This document shows, piece by piece, positions 32,024 through 53,102 of a DNA stretch of 64,000 bases (position 1 is the stretch's first letter; the number at the start of each line of letters is the position of its first letter). The position numbers and the translations under genes were made by a program. Source of the stretch: Prochlorococcus sp. AG-355-B23 (GTDB lineage Bacteria > Cyanobacteriota > Cyanobacteriia > PCC-6307 > Cyanobiaceae). A model generated the notes under the pieces. It did not search any database. It was not told where the DNA came from and saw nothing but the letters and a program-made list of their open reading frames with translations. The stretch covers positions 25 to 64,024 of the forward strand of contig QCDJ01000006.1 in assembly GCA_003280935.1 (NCBI GenBank), read 5' to 3'.

Positions 32024-35000
32024 TTATTGTTGTGTCAATGTCCTCTTTTTGGTGACAAATTTGAATGCTTCGATTATGTCCCCATTAATCCAAGAAGAGA
32101 ATTTATCGCACCCAACTCCACATTCAAATCCTGTATTTACTTCTTTAACATCATCTTTAGACCTTTTCAGAGAGTCTAAATTACCTTCAAAAATTACTTT
32201 ATCTGATCGAACAACTCTAAGAGAACAATTTCGTTGTAATTTACCAGTTTGTATATAACAGCCTGCTATAGCTCCTTTACCAACTGAAAAAGTTGCTCTA
32301 ACTTCGGCTTTTCCTAAGGGTTCCTCAACAAGATCAGGTTCAAGTAATCCTTCCATTGCCAACTGTATATCTTCTAAGAGTTTATAGATTACTTCATATT
32401 CTCTTATATCAACGTCATTCGCGTCCGCCGCTCTTTTTGCCCCAGATGCCAATGAAGTGTTAAACCCAATGATTACTGACCCAGATGCAGCAGCGAGATC
32501 TATATCTGTCTCAGTTATCTCTCCAGGAGCAGAAAGTAGAACTCTGACTTGAACTTCATTTTTTGGTAATTGTTCTAATGATCCTAATATCGCCTCAACA
32601 CTGCCTTGAACATCAGCTTTGAGAATTAAGTTTAACTCTTTAAGTTCTCCATCATTTGCTTGAGTTGATAAGGATGATAAGCTAACTCTTCTAGAGGCCA
32701 TTTGCTGAGCTAATTTTGTAGCTCTAGCATCTGTTGCCCTCTCTCCGACAATGGCTCGAGCAGTTTTCTCATCAGAGTAGACTTCGAATTCATCTCCTGC
32801 TGTGGGTACTTCACTGAATCCTAGCGCCTCAACAGGGAATGATGGTCCTGCTTCTTTTATTCTAGAGCCATGTTCATCAACCATTGCTCTGATTTTTCCA
32901 AGGACTGAACCTGCAGCTAAAATATCTCCAGATTTTAAGGTTCCATTTTGTACTAACAAAGTAGCCACAGGCCCTTTCGCTTTGTCTAGGTGGGCTTCAA
33001 TTACAGTACCTTTTGCAAATCTATCAGGGTTAGCTTGTAGATCTTCTACTTCTGAAACTAATAAAATCATTTCGAGCAATTTATCAATGTTTTGTTTTTT
33101 GATAGCACTTACTGGAACCATCACTGTATCTCCTCCCCAATCTTCAGCAATTAAATCTTTTTCTGATAGTTCCTGCTTTACTTTTTCTGGAGATGCCCCT
33201 TCTTTATCAATTTTATTTATTGCAACAACAATTGGTACTTTTGCAGCTCTTGCATGACTAATAGCCTCTAGTGTTTGAGGTCTGCAACCATCATCTGCAG
33301 CTACTACTAGAACAGCTACATCTGTAACCTTTGTACCCCTTGCTCTCATTGCAGTAAAGGCTTCATGACCAGGGGTATCAAGAAAAGTTAATTTTTTCTT
33401 TTGAGATTCATGTTCAAATTCAACTTGATAAGCTCCAATGTGTTGAGTGATGCCCCCTGCTTCCCCCGAAGCTACTCTTGATTCTCTGATGGAATCTAAA
33501 AGACTTGTTTTTCCGTGGTCTACATGACCCATAACTGTAATAACAGGTGGTCTTCTTATTAGATTATCAATATCTTCAGATTCAATCATATCTACTGTTT
33601 TCTCAGCAGCTTCTTGGATATCATCTTGCAAAACAGGTACCCCAAATTCTTCTGCTACTGTTTCAATAGTCGCTAAGTCAAGTGATTGAGTAACAGTTGC
33701 AGTTATTCCTTTAAAAAAAAGAGATTTGATTATTTCAGAGCTTTCAAGACTTAATTTATCAGCTAATTCTTGAACTGTTAAATTATCTTCGGGTACGATT
33801 ATCATTTCAGGCCTAACTTGCTTAGCTTCTTTGGCAGCTTTTAACTCCATAGCTCTTCTTTTCTGCCTTTGTCTAGTAGTCTCTTTTTTCTTCTTTTTAA
33901 ATTGTTTTATTGTGTTTTGAGATTTAGATTCATCAGACTTTGTTTTTTTTGGACGCGCCAAACTAGCTGATAAGATTGAGATTTTTTCTCCTGAATACCC
34001 ACTAGTTTCAGATGTTAAGGAGTCATCATTCTCACCTATAATATGAACTTTCTGTCTTTGTTTTTGTGTATTTTTGCTCCTTAATGCTTCAAGTTTTGCG
34101 CTATCGTCCCAGTCTGTCTTTCCTGTTTTTTTAGAATTATTTGAAAATGTTCTATGGGGTGGTTTTTTTGAATTAGGGGCAGTATTTGGACGACTATTTG
34201 GAGCTTTCGCCTTCTGTTTCGTTATCTCAAGATTTTGTTTTTCATTATTTTTTATAACTTGTTTGTCATTCTCAGATTTGTTAGTTTTTTGAAGTTGTAA
34301 AAGTTCATTAGGTGAAACTGGCTTTCTAATCCCAGGTGTTTTATGACTATTGAATTTAGACCCAGGCCTATTTTGCATGCCAGGTCTGTTGGGGGCGCCA
34401 GGCTTATTAATATTGGCTTGTCTATTGAAAGATCCAGTTCTGCCTGGGTCTGATGGTTTGTTTCTTGATCCAGGCCTGTTTTGCATGCCAGGTCTGTTGG
34501 GGGCGCCAGGCTTGTTTGTATTGGCTTTTCTATTGAAAGATCCAGGCCTGCCTTGATCTGATGGCTTGTTTTTTGCTCCAGGCCTATAGGGCGTACCGGG
34601 TCTGTTAGGGACAGTTTGTTTAAAAGAAATATTTTGCTTATTATTTTGCTGATTGATTCCTTCTCTTCTGATAGGAGCCCCTACGAGCTCCGGGGGGGAC
34701 GTTAAGTTATTAATATTTTTTGTTTTGTATTTGTTAGAGTTTTGGTCAGGTTTTTTTGATATTTGTCTTTCCCTTTCTGAACTGGAGATGTTCTGGGAAT
34801 AATCATTAGATTTAATATTATTATTAATATTTTTAGGCTTTGCAATTAGTTGAATAGGCGGTTTTACAGGAGTTTTTATAGGTGGGGTTGTGTTATTTCG
34901 GAAAGTTTTTTTATCTTGTTTGAGATTTTGAGAAGTTTTGCTATTTTTATTTTGATTTGTAGGATTTGCTTGAGATTGTGAACTGTTGACAATTGTCGGT

Positions 35001-35368
35001 TTATTGGGATTTTTAGGTTGATTTGAAATTATTTTTAGACTCTGAGGTTTGTTAAGAGGTTTTATCAACAAGGGCTTTTTGTTTGAATTATTAAGAGGTT
35101 TCTCTTTCGAGTTAACAGAAGATTCATCTTTTTTGTTTTGTTTGTAATTATCTGTTTTAATTAAAGGCTTTTTAATAGAAAGTATCTTTTTATCTGAATT
35201 TTTTTGATTAATAAGATTTTTTATTTTTTTTGCTTCCTCTGCACTTATTGAACTGCTATGGCTTTTTACTGAAATTGAAAGTTTTTGAGCCGCGTCCAAT
35301 ATATCTTTATTGTCCAGATTTAAGTCTCTGGAAAGTTCATAAATTCTGATTTTATCGCTGATAGTCAT
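32024..35368 (-). CDS. infB: Translation initiation factor IF-2
   Basis: RIYELSR N-terminus, [25 protein letters not shown]. Confidence 0.99.
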   Translation of the reverse strand: MTISDKIRIYELSRDLNLDNKDILDAAQKLSISVKSHSSSISAEEAKKIKNLINQKNSDKKILSIKKPLIKTDNYKQNKKDESSVNSKEKPLNNSNKKPLLIKPLNKPQSLKIISNQPKNPNKPTIVNSSQSQANPTNQNKNSKTSQNLKQDKKTFRNNTTPPIKTPVKPPIQLIAKPKNINNNIKSNDYSQNISSSERERQISKKPDQNSNKYKTKNINNLTSPPELVGAPIRREGINQQNNKQNISFKQTVPNRPGTPYRPGAKNKPSDQGRPGSFNRKANTNKPGAPNRPGMQNRPGSRNKPSDPGRTGSFNRQANINKPGAPNRPGMQNRPGSKFNSHKTPGIRKPVSPNELLQLQKTNKSENDKQVIKNNEKQNLEITKQKAKAPNSRPNTAPNSKKPPHRTFSNNSKKTGKTDWDDSAKLEALRSKNTQKQRQKVHIIGENDDSLTSETSGYSGEKISILSASLARPKKTKSDESKSQNTIKQFKKKKKETTRQRQKRRAMELKAAKEAKQVRPEMIIVPEDNLTVQELADKLSLESSEIIKSLFFKGITATVTQSLDLATIETVAEEFGVPVLQDDIQEAAEKTVDMIESEDIDNLIRRPPVITVMGHVDHGKTSLLDSIRESRVASGEAGGITQHIGAYQVEFEHESQKKKLTFLDTPGHEAFTAMRARGTKVTDVAVLVVAADDGCRPQTLEAISHARAAKVPIVVAINKIDKEGASPEKVKQELSEKDLIAEDWGGDTVMVPVSAIKKQNIDKLLEMILLVSEVEDLQANPDRFAKGTVIEAHLDKAKGPVATLLVQNGTLKSGDILAAGSVLGKIRAMVDEHGSRIKEAGPSFPVEALGFSEVPTAGDEFEVYSDEKTARAIVGERATDARATKLAQQMASRRVSLSSLSTQANDGELKELNLILKADVQGSVEAILGSLEQLPKNEVQVRVLLSAPGEITETDIDLAAASGSVIIGFNTSLASGAKRAADANDVDIREYEVIYKLLEDIQLAMEGLLEPDLVEEPLGKAEVRATFSVGKGAIAGCYIQTGKLQRNCSLRVVRSDKVIFEGNLDSLKRSKDDVKEVNTGFECGVGCDKFSSWINGDIIEAFKFVTKKRTLTQQ
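34359..34610 (-). repeat. In-frame 108-bp (36-aa) tandem repeat in infB, 2 full copies plus a partial copy
   Basis: Units start at 34359, 34467 and 34575 on the + strand and encode [36 protein letters not shown] / [36 protein letters not shown]. Confidence 0.92.
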
Positions 35369-35416
35369 TTAGTGTGATTTGTACTCTTTTTAAAAATTAA
35401 AGAGGATTTATTTTAA

Positions 35417-35698
35417 TTATATGCCCTTATTGGGATAGTAATTGTAGCTTGTAATTTCTTTTTCAAAAATATCAATGAATTCAGTGTCTAAAGATGTTTT
35501 TAAAGCTTTTTGAAGCTTTTTTTTAATCTTGGAATCTGAGTAACATTTTTTTGACTTGCAAATGTAGGCTGATCGCCCCATCCCCTTTTGAAACATAATA
35601 CCTTGCTTATGATCTTTAGTAATCTTTAATAGATATTTCCTGTCATATGTTTTTCTACATGAAATGCATATGCGCATAATAGGGGTTTGACGTATCAT
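35417..35698 (-). CDS. ylxR: YlxR/DUF448 RNA-binding protein
   Basis: RICISCR, GRSAYIC, and position between nusA and infB. Confidence 0.9.
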   Translation of the reverse strand: MIRQTPIMRICISCRKTYDRKYLLKITKDHKQGIMFQKGMGRSAYICKSKKCYSDSKIKKKLQKALKTSLDTEFIDIFEKEITSYNYYPNKGI

Positions 35699-37101
35699 AG
35701 TTTTCTCTCCTCTGTGGCTGATATTTCACCATCTTGAACAGTCTCTAATTGATCACTATCTGATGAAACGACTTCTTCATATGTTTCTTGTCCATATTCT
35801 TCAACATCATCTTCAGGAAGAGGATAAAGTTCTCTTAATCTTGCATCTTCCGCAGCACGCTCAGCTTGCTCAGCTTCTAATCTAAGCTCAGCTTCTTTCT
35901 GGAGATTCTCTTCATCTTCCCTCTGAATGATTAATGCAGAGACTGCAGCATCTTCTGCTTCCTTATCATATTCATGGGAGTTTTTAACATCAATCTTCCA
36001 ACCAGTTAATCTTGCGGCAAGTCTTACATTTTGTCCTTCTCTACCAATTGCGAGACTCAATTGATCAGGAGGAACTAGTACATGTGCGTGTTGACCTGCT
36101 GGGTCAACAAGTCTAACGAGATCAACTTTAGCAGGACTTAAAGAGTTTAAAATATACTGAATTGGGTCAGATGACCATTTAATAACATCAATTTTTTCTC
36201 CTCTTAATTCATTTACTACTTGTTGGATTCTTGCGCCTCTGGCTCCAATACAAGCACCAACAGGATCAACTTCTTGTTCAACGCTATCAACAGCTACTTT
36301 AGTTCTTGGCCCAACAGCTCTTGAAGGAGGATTCGCTTCTCTTGAAACAGCAACTATTTTTACAGTACCTTCTTGGATTTCCGGTACTTCATTCTCAAAT
36401 AAATACACGACTAATCCAGCATTTGCTCTGCTCACAAAAAGTTGTGGTCCTTTTCTGGCTATTTCGCTAACTTCTTTCAAGAATACTTTGAAAGTTGCGT
36501 TGGCTCTATAGTTATCATTTGGTAATTGGTCTCTTTTTGGAAGTTCGGCTTCTACTTCAGGTCTACCAATACCTGAACTAACCCCCATAATTACTGATTG
36601 CCTTTCAAATCTTATAACTCTTGCAGTTAAAACAGGATCTTCTAAATCTGCAAATTCTTCTTGGATCATTTTTCTTTGTTGATCTCTTAATTTTTGGGCT
36701 AACACTTGCTTTGTTGTTGAAGCAGCCATTCGCCCAAAATCCTCTTTTTCAGGAGTAACGTCTAATACAACTGTGTCACCTATTTGAGCATCATCGGCAA
36801 CTTGTTTAACTTCTACTAAAGATATTTGATGATCTTCGCTTTCAACTTCTTCAACTATTATTTTACTAGATAATATCCTATAACCCTCTTCATCTAGATC
36901 CAGTCCAACATCGAAATTGCTAAAGTATTCTTCATCAAATGGATCTTCGTTAACTCCAATGTAGAAAGTTCTTCTATATTTTTCGTATCCCTTTAACAAA
37001 GCTTCGCGCAAGGCTGCTTCAACGATATTAGGAGGTAACTTTTTTTCCTCACTAATGTCTTCAATAAGATTGTTTAAACCTGGGAGAATAACTAATGCCA
37101 T
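35695..37101 (-). CDS. nusA: Transcription termination/antitermination factor
   Basis: FGRMAA, S1 and KH domains, VGACIGARGARI, LAIGREGQNVRLA. Confidence 0.98.
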   Translation of the reverse strand: MALVILPGLNNLIEDISEEKKLPPNIVEAALREALLKGYEKYRRTFYIGVNEDPFDEEYFSNFDVGLDLDEEGYRILSSKIIVEEVESEDHQISLVEVKQVADDAQIGDTVVLDVTPEKEDFGRMAASTTKQVLAQKLRDQQRKMIQEEFADLEDPVLTARVIRFERQSVIMGVSSGIGRPEVEAELPKRDQLPNDNYRANATFKVFLKEVSEIARKGPQLFVSRANAGLVVYLFENEVPEIQEGTVKIVAVSREANPPSRAVGPRTKVAVDSVEQEVDPVGACIGARGARIQQVVNELRGEKIDVIKWSSDPIQYILNSLSPAKVDLVRLVDPAGQHAHVLVPPDQLSLAIGREGQNVRLAARLTGWKIDVKNSHEYDKEAEDAAVSALIIQREDEENLQKEAELRLEAEQAERAAEDARLRELYPLPEDDVEEYGQETYEEVVSSDSDQLETVQDGEISATEERKL

Positions 37102-37137
37102 CTATGATGGGAAAATTGAATAATGGTTGAAAAATAA

Positions 37138-37605
37138 TTAATCTTTTAAGGTACAAAGACTAATTTTTAATACTTCATCGAAAGGGATTTTCTTTATCCT
37201 ACCTTTGATGTTAATGGCTAAATAATCATTAGATTTTTCATAAAGTAAACCATTCAGGAATTTTATTTTTGAATTCTTTTGATTTACCTCAACATTAACT
37301 GGAAAACCCTTAAAAGTTTTGAAGTCTCTTTCTGAGGTTAATTCATCACTGACCCCTTGACTACTAATTTCTAACACATATGAACAATTTAAAAGATTTG
37401 ATTTTTCTATTTCGTCAGATGCTGGGGTATTAAATAGCGCACAATCATCTAAGGAAATGTCATCTCCATTAGTTTTTTTAATAATTATTTCAATAACTAT
37501 TGGATTTTGATTAGTTTGAATATTTAAACCGTAGATTTCTAAATCTCTTTCATTAGCAACTTTTTCTAATAGAATTCCTAGCTTACTTTTGTTTTCTTTA
37601 TTCAA
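37138..37605 (-). CDS. rimP: Ribosome maturation factor
   Basis: [15 protein letters not shown], and position upstream of nusA. Confidence 0.92.
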   Translation of the reverse strand: MNKENKSKLGILLEKVANERDLEIYGLNIQTNQNPIVIEIIIKKTNGDDISLDDCALFNTPASDEIEKSNLLNCSYVLEISSQGVSDELTSERDFKTFKGFPVNVEVNQKNSKIKFLNGLLYEKSNDYLAINIKGRIKKIPFDEVLKISLCTLKD

Positions 37606-37764
37606 ATTTATTTATAAATTTATTTAATGTTATTGTCACACATAAAGAATTTTTTTCTATAAAAAAATTTAAAAATTTGTATTTTAAGGATGTAAACAAA
37701 AAAACAACAATAATATGTTTCTTCAATTAGATTTATTAAATAAAATCTAAAAAACTATAAATAA

Positions 37765-38895
<1,131 letters not shown>

Positions 38896-38939
38896 ATCAC
38901 CCATTGAAATTTAATAATCTATAACCATTAGAGAAGATT

Positions 38940-39653
38940 TTGGATTCACAAACTCAAATGAAACAAGTAGTTGCTGATGCAGCAATAAGGGAAGTCAAAA
39001 GTGACATGATTATTGGATTAGGATCTGGATCTACAGCTGCGTTAATGATAAAAAGTCTCGCCAATGAAATTCGTCTTGGAAAACTTCAAAATATAAGAGG
39101 TGTTGCAACTTCTTTTCAATCAGAAGTTTTAGCGCTTGAACTTGATATCCCGCTTATCGATTTAGCTTCTGTTTCTCAAATTGATTTAGCTATTGATGGA
39201 GCGGATGAAGTCGATCCAGGATTTCAACTAATAAAAGGAGGAGGAGCATGCCATGTTAGAGAAAAGTTAGTGGCATCTAAAGCTGATCTATTATTGATTG
39301 TTGTTGATGAAACTAAACTTGTACAAAATCTAAATCAATCTTTCCCTTTACCTGTAGAAGTTCTTCCAAATGCTTGGAAGCAAGTTCAGGGAGTAATTTC
39401 AGAAATGAATGGTAGTTCTTCTTTGAGGATGGCTACTAAAAAAGCTGGCCCAGTTGTTACTGACCAAGGCAACCTCATCCTAGATGTATTATTCGTTGAT
39501 GGAATTAAGAATCCAAAGGACATTGAGATGAAGATAAATAATATTCCAGGAGTATTAGAAAATGGATTATTCGTTGATCTTACAGACAAAGTATTAGTGG
39601 GTAAAATTGAAAACGATACTTCAGTGGTTTACTCACCCTCAAGAGTTAGCTAA
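38940..39653 (+). CDS. rpiA: Ribose-5-phosphate isomerase A
   Basis: GLGSGST, DGADEVD, KGGGA. Confidence 0.97.
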   Translation: MDSQTQMKQVVADAAIREVKSDMIIGLGSGSTAALMIKSLANEIRLGKLQNIRGVATSFQSEVLALELDIPLIDLASVSQIDLAIDGADEVDPGFQLIKGGGACHVREKLVASKADLLLIVVDETKLVQNLNQSFPLPVEVLPNAWKQVQGVISEMNGSSSLRMATKKAGPVVTDQGNLILDVLFVDGIKNPKDIEMKINNIPGVLENGLFVDLTDKVLVGKIENDTSVVYSPSRVS

Positions 39654-40936
39654 TCTTCAAATCTTATTTGTACTGAATTAGCGTGGCTATGTAAGCCCTC
39701 ACTTTTTGCAAGATTAATAATATCAGGGCTATTGACTTTTAAACTTTCTTCATTAAATTCTATTATTGAAGTATTTTTCATAAAAGTTTCAACCCCCAGA
39801 GAACCGCTAAATCTAGAATTACCTGATGTGGGTAATGTATGATTTGGTCCAGCAAGATAATCTCCAACAGCTTCTGGGGTCCATTTTCCTAAAAATATTG
39901 CTCCTGCATTCTCTACACCTGCAAGAATTTTTTTTGAGTCTATAGTGAGAATTTCTAGATGTTCAGGGGCAAAGTTATTGCTTAGTTCAACACATGATGC
40001 ATAATTTTCGCAAATCACAATTAACCCCCAATTTTTTATTGATTGCATGCAAATTTCTTTTCTTGGATGATCATCGATTTTTTTATAAAGTTCTTCTAAA
40101 ACTTCTTTTGCCTGGTTCTTTGATGTAGTTAGAAGTATTGATGACGCTAAAGGATCATGTTCTGCTTGCGCTAGAAGATCAGATGCTATATGAGTGGGTT
40201 TAGCTGTTTCATCTGCAATGATTAATATTTCACTTGGACCGGCTAATGAGTCAATCCCCGTAAAGCCATAAATTAGTTTTTTCGCAGTTGTAACAAAGAT
40301 ATTCCCTGGACCTGAAATAACATCAACTTTATTGATTTGATTTGTTCCAAATGCTAAAGCACCAATTGCTTGAGCTCCTCCAATTCTAAAAATTTTATTG
40401 ATTCCTGATAAGTGAGCTGCAGCTAAAACAGTTTTGTTTATTTCCCCTTCTTTATTCCCAGGAGATACCATTATAATTTCTTCCACTCCTGCTACTTTTG
40501 CAGGTATTGCATTCATCAATACAGTACTGGGATAAGCAGCTCTACCTCCAGGAATATAAATTCCTGCATTTTTAACTGGTCTCCATCTTCTTTGGACTAT
40601 ATCACCATATTCCCCTTTTATAGTGAAAGACTGGGGTATTTCTTTTTCATGGAATTTTTGAATTCTTTTATGCGCTATCTCAAGTGAGCGCTTTAAATTG
40701 TTATCTATTGCATCCCATGCATTTTTTATTTCATCCGCACTTACTTGCATAGGGTTAGGGTCGAAACCATCAAATTTTTTTGTATATTTTTCTACTGCTA
40801 TATCTCCAGAAATTTTTACCTCTTGAAGAATTTCTTCAACAATTGCATTGATTTTATTATTGTTTTCTGAATTGGTTCGAGCAGAAATCCTTTTTAATTC
40901 TTCAATAGCTTCTTTTTTATTATTTATGATCTTCAT
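39650..40936 (-). CDS. hisD: Histidinol dehydrogenase
   Basis: [39 protein letters not shown]. Confidence 0.97.
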   Translation of the reverse strand: MKIINNKKEAIEELKRISARTNSENNNKINAIVEEILQEVKISGDIAVEKYTKKFDGFDPNPMQVSADEIKNAWDAIDNNLKRSLEIAHKRIQKFHEKEIPQSFTIKGEYGDIVQRRWRPVKNAGIYIPGGRAAYPSTVLMNAIPAKVAGVEEIIMVSPGNKEGEINKTVLAAAHLSGINKIFRIGGAQAIGALAFGTNQINKVDVISGPGNIFVTTAKKLIYGFTGIDSLAGPSEILIIADETAKPTHIASDLLAQAEHDPLASSILLTTSKNQAKEVLEELYKKIDDHPRKEICMQSIKNWGLIVICENYASCVELSNNFAPEHLEILTIDSKKILAGVENAGAIFLGKWTPEAVGDYLAGPNHTLPTSGNSRFSGSLGVETFMKNTSIIEFNEESLKVNSPDIINLAKSEGLHSHANSVQIRFED

Positions 40937-41056
40937 ATAATTATTTTTTCAAATTGTAAGGCTAAAAACCCAATTTAATAACTTTCTAAATTATATATGA
41001 TTGATTAGAAGTCGATTTGTTTGTTATGATAAAAATCTTCTATTTAAGTACCCTCT

Positions 41057-41350
41057 GTGGCCAATAACAAATCAGCAAAAAAGAGAATACAAATTGCCGA
41101 AAGAAATCGTTTAACAAACAAGTCATATAAATCTACTGTTAGGACTGTAACCAAAAAAACCTTTGAGAATTGCGAAAAATATAAAAAAAATCCTAATGAA
41201 GATAATAAAAATTTAGTAAAAATAAGTCTTAATAAAGCTTTTAGCTTAATTGACAAAGCAGTTAAAAAAAATGTTCTTCACAAGAATAATGGTGCTAACA
41301 AAAAATCGAAAATCAACAATTTTGTCAAAACCACACTTACCAGCAAGTGA
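41057..41350 (+). CDS. rpsT: 30S ribosomal protein S20
   Basis: ANNKSAKKRI, IDKAVKK, LHKN. Confidence 0.96.
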   Translation: MANNKSAKKRIQIAERNRLTNKSYKSTVRTVTKKTFENCEKYKKNPNEDNKNLVKISLNKAFSLIDKAVKKNVLHKNNGANKKSKINNFVKTTLTSK

Positions 41351-41367
41351 AAAGGTAGATAAAAATT

Positions 41368-42162
41368 ATGAGCGATATCGAACTCATAGACTCCCACTGT
41401 CATTTAATATTTGAAAATTTTGAAAAAGATCTAGAAGATGTAGTTCTAAGATTACGTTCTAAAGGTGTAAAAAAATTAGTTCATGCTTGTTGTGAATTCA
41501 CAGAAATTCCAAAATTAAAAAAAATATCTCATGAATTTAATGAAATTTATTATTCAGTTGGTCTGCATCCGCTAGAAGCAAAAAAATGGGAACAAAGTTC
41601 AAAATCTCTTTTAAAAAAATCAGCTCAAGAAGATAGAAGAGTTGTAGCTATTGGTGAATTAGGATTGGATTTTTTTAAAAACAACAATAAAACTCAGCAA
41701 ATTGAAGCACTTATTCCGCAAATGGAGTTAGCTTATGAACTTAAATTGCCTGTAATTATTCATTGCAGAGATGCTGCAAATGAAATGATTGAGATATGTA
41801 ATGATCTCTCTAAAAAAGGGAAATGTCCCAATGGTGTACTTCATTGTTGGACAGGAACCCCAAAAGAAATGAAGCGATTTTTGGATCTTGGATTTTACAT
41901 CAGTTTTAGTGGAATATTAACTTTCCCAAAAGCACATGAAATTCATGAGTGTGCCAAAATAGTTCCAAATGACAGATACTTAATTGAAACTGACTCACCA
42001 TTTTTAGCTCCAGTCCCTCATAGGGGTAAAAGAAATGAACCTTCATTTGTTGAAAATGTTGCCAATTTTATGGCAGATCTAAGAACCACTGAATTATTCA
42101 CAATTGCTAGAGAGTCATCTAAGAATGCTGAAGATTTGTTTAAATTTGACTTGTTAATTTGA
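41368..42162 (+). CDS. tatD: TatD-family metal-dependent DNase
   Basis: DSHCH, GLHP, AIGELGLD, IIHCRDA, LHC, ETDSPFL. Confidence 0.94.
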   Translation: MSDIELIDSHCHLIFENFEKDLEDVVLRLRSKGVKKLVHACCEFTEIPKLKKISHEFNEIYYSVGLHPLEAKKWEQSSKSLLKKSAQEDRRVVAIGELGLDFFKNNNKTQQIEALIPQMELAYELKLPVIIHCRDAANEMIEICNDLSKKGKCPNGVLHCWTGTPKEMKRFLDLGFYISFSGILTFPKAHEIHECAKIVPNDRYLIETDSPFLAPVPHRGKRNEPSFVENVANFMADLRTTELFTIARESSKNAEDLFKFDLLI

Positions 42163-42397
42163 CGTAACAGCTGTTAATATTAGGAATTACTGGAAATTTT
42201 TCTTAATTTTTTAGCTTTAACTTACGCAGTTAATGATTTATCAGCATTAAACAAAATTTAATACCTCTCTATAAATTGATTTTATGTTGAGGTAAAGATT
42301 TTGGTTGATCTCATATTATTAATTGAAAAGTTAAAATACTAAATAATGAGTAGATTAAAAGTAAATAATAAATCTCACAAAATCGCAGGTTTCTTGG

Positions 42398-45300
42398 ATG
42401 AGCAGTAGCGCTTTACAGGTAGCAAAAACAGCTACTTATCTACCAGATTTAGTTGAAGTACAAAGAGCAAGCTTTAAATGGTTTTTGGAACAGGGTTTAA
42501 TAGAAGAACTACAAAATTTTTCTCCCATTTCTGATTACACAGGTAAATTAGAATTACATTTTATTGGTGAAGAGTACAGGCTAAAAAGACCTAGACATGA
42601 TGTTGAGGAAGCTAAAAGAAGAGATGCTACATTTGCATCTCAAATGTATGTAACTTGCAGGTTGATTAATAAAGAGACAGGGGAAATAAAAGAGCAAGAA
42701 GTATTTATTGGCGAATTACCATTAATGACTGAAAGGGGAACTTTCATCATTAATGGTGCCGAAAGAGTTATTGTTAATCAAATTGTTCGAAGTCCTGGGG
42801 TATATTTCAAAGATGAACTGGATAAAAATGGTCGAAGGACTTACAACGCTAGCGTTATCCCTAATAGAGGTGCATGGTTAAAATTCGAGACTGACAAAAA
42901 TAATTTACTTCATGTGAGAGTTGATAAAACTAGAAAAATTAATGCTCATGTTCTTATGAGAGCAATGGGTCTTTCAGATAATGATGTTGTGGATAAACTT
43001 AGGCATCCTGAGTTTTATCAAAAATCAATTGAATCAGCTAATGATGAGGGTATAAATTCAGAAGATCAGGCATTACTTGAACTATACAAAAAGCTACGTC
43101 CTGGAGAACCACCCTCCGTTTCTGGGGGGCAACAGCTACTACACAGTAGATTTTTTGATCCCAAAAGATATGATTTAGGCCGAGTTGGTAGATATAAAAT
43201 AAATAAAAAATTGAGACTGACTGTACCAGACGATGTGAGAACACTTACCCACGAAGATGTTCTTTCTACTATTGACTATTTAATTAACCTAGAATTGGAT
43301 ATTGGCGGCGCTAGCCTGGATGATATTGACCACCTTGGTAATCGAAGGGTTAGATCTGTAGGAGAACTACTTCAAAATCAAGTCAGGGTTGGACTTAATC
43401 GTTTAGAGAGAATCATCAAAGAAAGAATGACTGTAGGAGAAACAGATTCTCTAACTCCCGCTCAACTAGTTAATCCCAAACCTTTGGTTGCTGCTATAAA
43501 GGAATTTTTTGGCTCAAGTCAATTAAGTCAGTTCATGGATCAAACTAATCCTCTGGCTGAATTAACACATAAGAGAAGAATCTCAGCATTAGGTCCGGGA
43601 GGTTTAACTCGAGAAAGAGCAGGCTTTGCCGTAAGAGATATACACCCTTCACATTATGGAAGATTATGTCCTATTGAGACTCCTGAAGGTCCTAATGCAG
43701 GACTTATAAATTCTTTAGCTACCCACGCAAGAGTTAATGAGTATGGATTTATTGAAACACCTTTTTGGGAAGTAAATAACGGTAAAGTTAATAAAGAAGG
43801 TAATCCTATTTATCTTTCCGCTGATTTAGAAGATGAATGTAGGGTGGCTCCCGGAGATGTCGCAACTGATAAAGATGGTAATATAATCGCAAATTTAATA
43901 CCAGTAAGATATAGACAGGATTTTGAAAAAGTCCCTCCTCATCAAGTTGATTACGTTCAGCTTTCTCCGGTTCAGGTAATTTCAGTTGCTACTTCACTTA
44001 TTCCTTTCTTGGAACATGATGATGCGAATAGAGCTCTTATGGGATCAAATATGCAACGCCAAGCTGTTCCATTGCTTAGGCCAGAACGTCCTTTAGTTGG
44101 TACAGGTTTAGAATCTCAGGTTGCTAGAGATTCTGGGATGGTTCCCATAACAAAAGTTAATGGAACTATATCTTACGTAGACGCTAATGAGATTGTCGTT
44201 AAAGACGAGCATGGTAATGAACATTTTCATTATCTTCAGAAATATCAAAGATCAAACCAAGATACTTGCCTAAACCAAAGACCTATAGTGCAAATTGGAG
44301 ATAGAGTTATATCTGGTCAGGTTTTAGCAGATGGATCAGCATGTGAAGGAGGGGAAATAGCCCTTGGCCAAAATGTTTTAATTGCATACATGCCATGGGA
44401 GGGATACAACTATGAAGATGCAATACTTGTGAGTGAGAGGATGGTAACTGATGATTTATATACTTCAGTACATATAGAAAAATATGAAATTGAAGCAAGA
44501 CAAACGAAACTAGGACCTGAAGAAATCACGAGAGAGATTCCCAATATCTCGGAAGAAAGCTTGAATAATCTTGATGAGATGGGAATTATTAGGATTGGTG
44601 CTTTTGTCGAGAGCGGAGATATTCTTGTAGGAAAAGTTACTCCTAAAGGAGAATCAGACCAACCACCTGAAGAAAAACTTTTAAGAGCTATTTTTGGTGA
44701 AAAGGCACGAGATGTGAGAGACAATTCCCTAAGGGTTCCAAAAACTGAAAAGGGAAGGGTTTTGGATGTTCGCATTTACACTAGAGAACAAGGTGATGAA
44801 TTACCTCCAGGAGCCAACATGGTAGTTAGAGTTTATGTTGCTCAGAGGAGGAAAATTCAAGTAGGTGACAAAATGGCTGGTAGGCATGGTAACAAAGGAA
44901 TTATTAGTAGAATCTTACCAAGAGAAGATATGCCTTATTTACCTGATGGAACGCCTGTAGACATAGTGCTTAATCCTTTAGGAGTTCCAAGTAGGATGAA
45001 TGTAGGTCAAGTTTTTGAGTTATTGATGGGCTGGGCAGCCTCCAACTTAAATTGCAGGGTTAAAGTTGTTCCATTTGATGAAATGTATGGAGCTGAAAAA
45101 TCTCACCAAACTGTTCAAGCATTTCTAGAGGAAGCTTCAAAGCAGCCAGGTAAAGCATGGGTTTACAACCCTGATGATCCTGGAAAATTATTACTTAAAG
45201 ATGGTAGAACTGGGGAACCCTTCGATCAGCCAGTTGCTGTCGGATACTCTCATTTCCTCAAATTAGTCCATTTGGTGGATGATAAAATTCATGCTAGATC

Positions 45301-45691
45301 TACTGGGCCTTACTCTTTGGTTACACAGCAACCGTTGGGTGGTAAAGCTCAGCAGGGTGGACAAAGGCTTGGAGAGATGGAAGTATGGGCTCTTGAAGCC
45401 TATGGAGCAGCTTACACTCTTCAGGAATTGTTAACAGTTAAATCAGACGACATGCAAGGAAGAAATGAAGCCCTTAATGCAATCGTAAAAGGTAAACCGA
45501 TCCCGAGGCCTGGTACTCCTGAGTCATTTAAAGTTCTTATGAGGGAATTACAATCTCTTGGTTTGGATATTGGGGTTTATACAGATGAAGGAAAAGAGGT
45601 AGATTTAATGCAAGATGTCAATCCGAGAAGAAATACCCCATCAAGGCCGACTTACGAATCACTCGGAACCTCTGAATATGAGGAAGATTAA
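42398..45691 (+). CDS. rpoB: RNA polymerase beta subunit
   Basis: [30 protein letters not shown]. Confidence 0.99.
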   Translation: MSSSALQVAKTATYLPDLVEVQRASFKWFLEQGLIEELQNFSPISDYTGKLELHFIGEEYRLKRPRHDVEEAKRRDATFASQMYVTCRLINKETGEIKEQEVFIGELPLMTERGTFIINGAERVIVNQIVRSPGVYFKDELDKNGRRTYNASVIPNRGAWLKFETDKNNLLHVRVDKTRKINAHVLMRAMGLSDNDVVDKLRHPEFYQKSIESANDEGINSEDQALLELYKKLRPGEPPSVSGGQQLLHSRFFDPKRYDLGRVGRYKINKKLRLTVPDDVRTLTHEDVLSTIDYLINLELDIGGASLDDIDHLGNRRVRSVGELLQNQVRVGLNRLERIIKERMTVGETDSLTPAQLVNPKPLVAAIKEFFGSSQLSQFMDQTNPLAELTHKRRISALGPGGLTRERAGFAVRDIHPSHYGRLCPIETPEGPNAGLINSLATHARVNEYGFIETPFWEVNNGKVNKEGNPIYLSADLEDECRVAPGDVATDKDGNIIANLIPVRYRQDFEKVPPHQVDYVQLSPVQVISVATSLIPFLEHDDANRALMGSNMQRQAVPLLRPERPLVGTGLESQVARDSGMVPITKVNGTISYVDANEIVVKDEHGNEHFHYLQKYQRSNQDTCLNQRPIVQIGDRVISGQVLADGSACEGGEIALGQNVLIAYMPWEGYNYEDAILVSERMVTDDLYTSVHIEKYEIEARQTKLGPEEITREIPNISEESLNNLDEMGIIRIGAFVESGDILVGKVTPKGESDQPPEEKLLRAIFGEKARDVRDNSLRVPKTEKGRVLDVRIYTREQGDELPPGANMVVRVYVAQRRKIQVGDKMAGRHGNKGIISRILPREDMPYLPDGTPVDIVLNPLGVPSRMNVGQVFELLMGWAASNLNCRVKVVPFDEMYGAEKSHQTVQAFLEEASKQPGKAWVYNPDDPGKLLLKDGRTGEPFDQPVAVGYSHFLKLVHLVDDKIHARSTGPYSLVTQQPLGGKAQQGGQRLGEMEVWALEAYGAAYTLQELLTVKSDDMQGRNEALNAIVKGKPIPRPGTPESFKVLMRELQSLGLDIGVYTDEGKEVDLMQDVNPRRNTPSRPTYESLGTSEYEED

Positions 45692-45717
45692 ATACTCAAT
45701 TAAAACCTTTTAATTAA

Positions 45718-47634
<1,917 letters not shown>

Positions 47635-47663
47635 TCTTTAAAAACTATTTTTCATTTCTTTAA

Positions 47664-51770
<4,107 letters not shown>

Positions 51771-51822
51771 ATATTATCTTTTATTATTTTTAGTTACTAG
51801 AATGTTTTTATTAAATTTGTAA

Positions 51823-51978
<156 letters not shown>

Positions 51979-51995
51979 AAATAGTTTTGCAATAA

Positions 51996-53054
<1,059 letters not shown>

Positions 53055-53102
53055 TATTATCTAATAAAAATTTTTTAAAAGTTTCTTAAACAGGTTATTA
53101 TT

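Noticed and set aside
34350-34610. Repeat array as a possible CRISPR, or the 68-aa + strand ORF as a real gene
   Set aside because: The period is 108 bp, in frame with infB, with no unique spacers and no cas genes. The + strand ORF is the antisense of the IF2 repeat.
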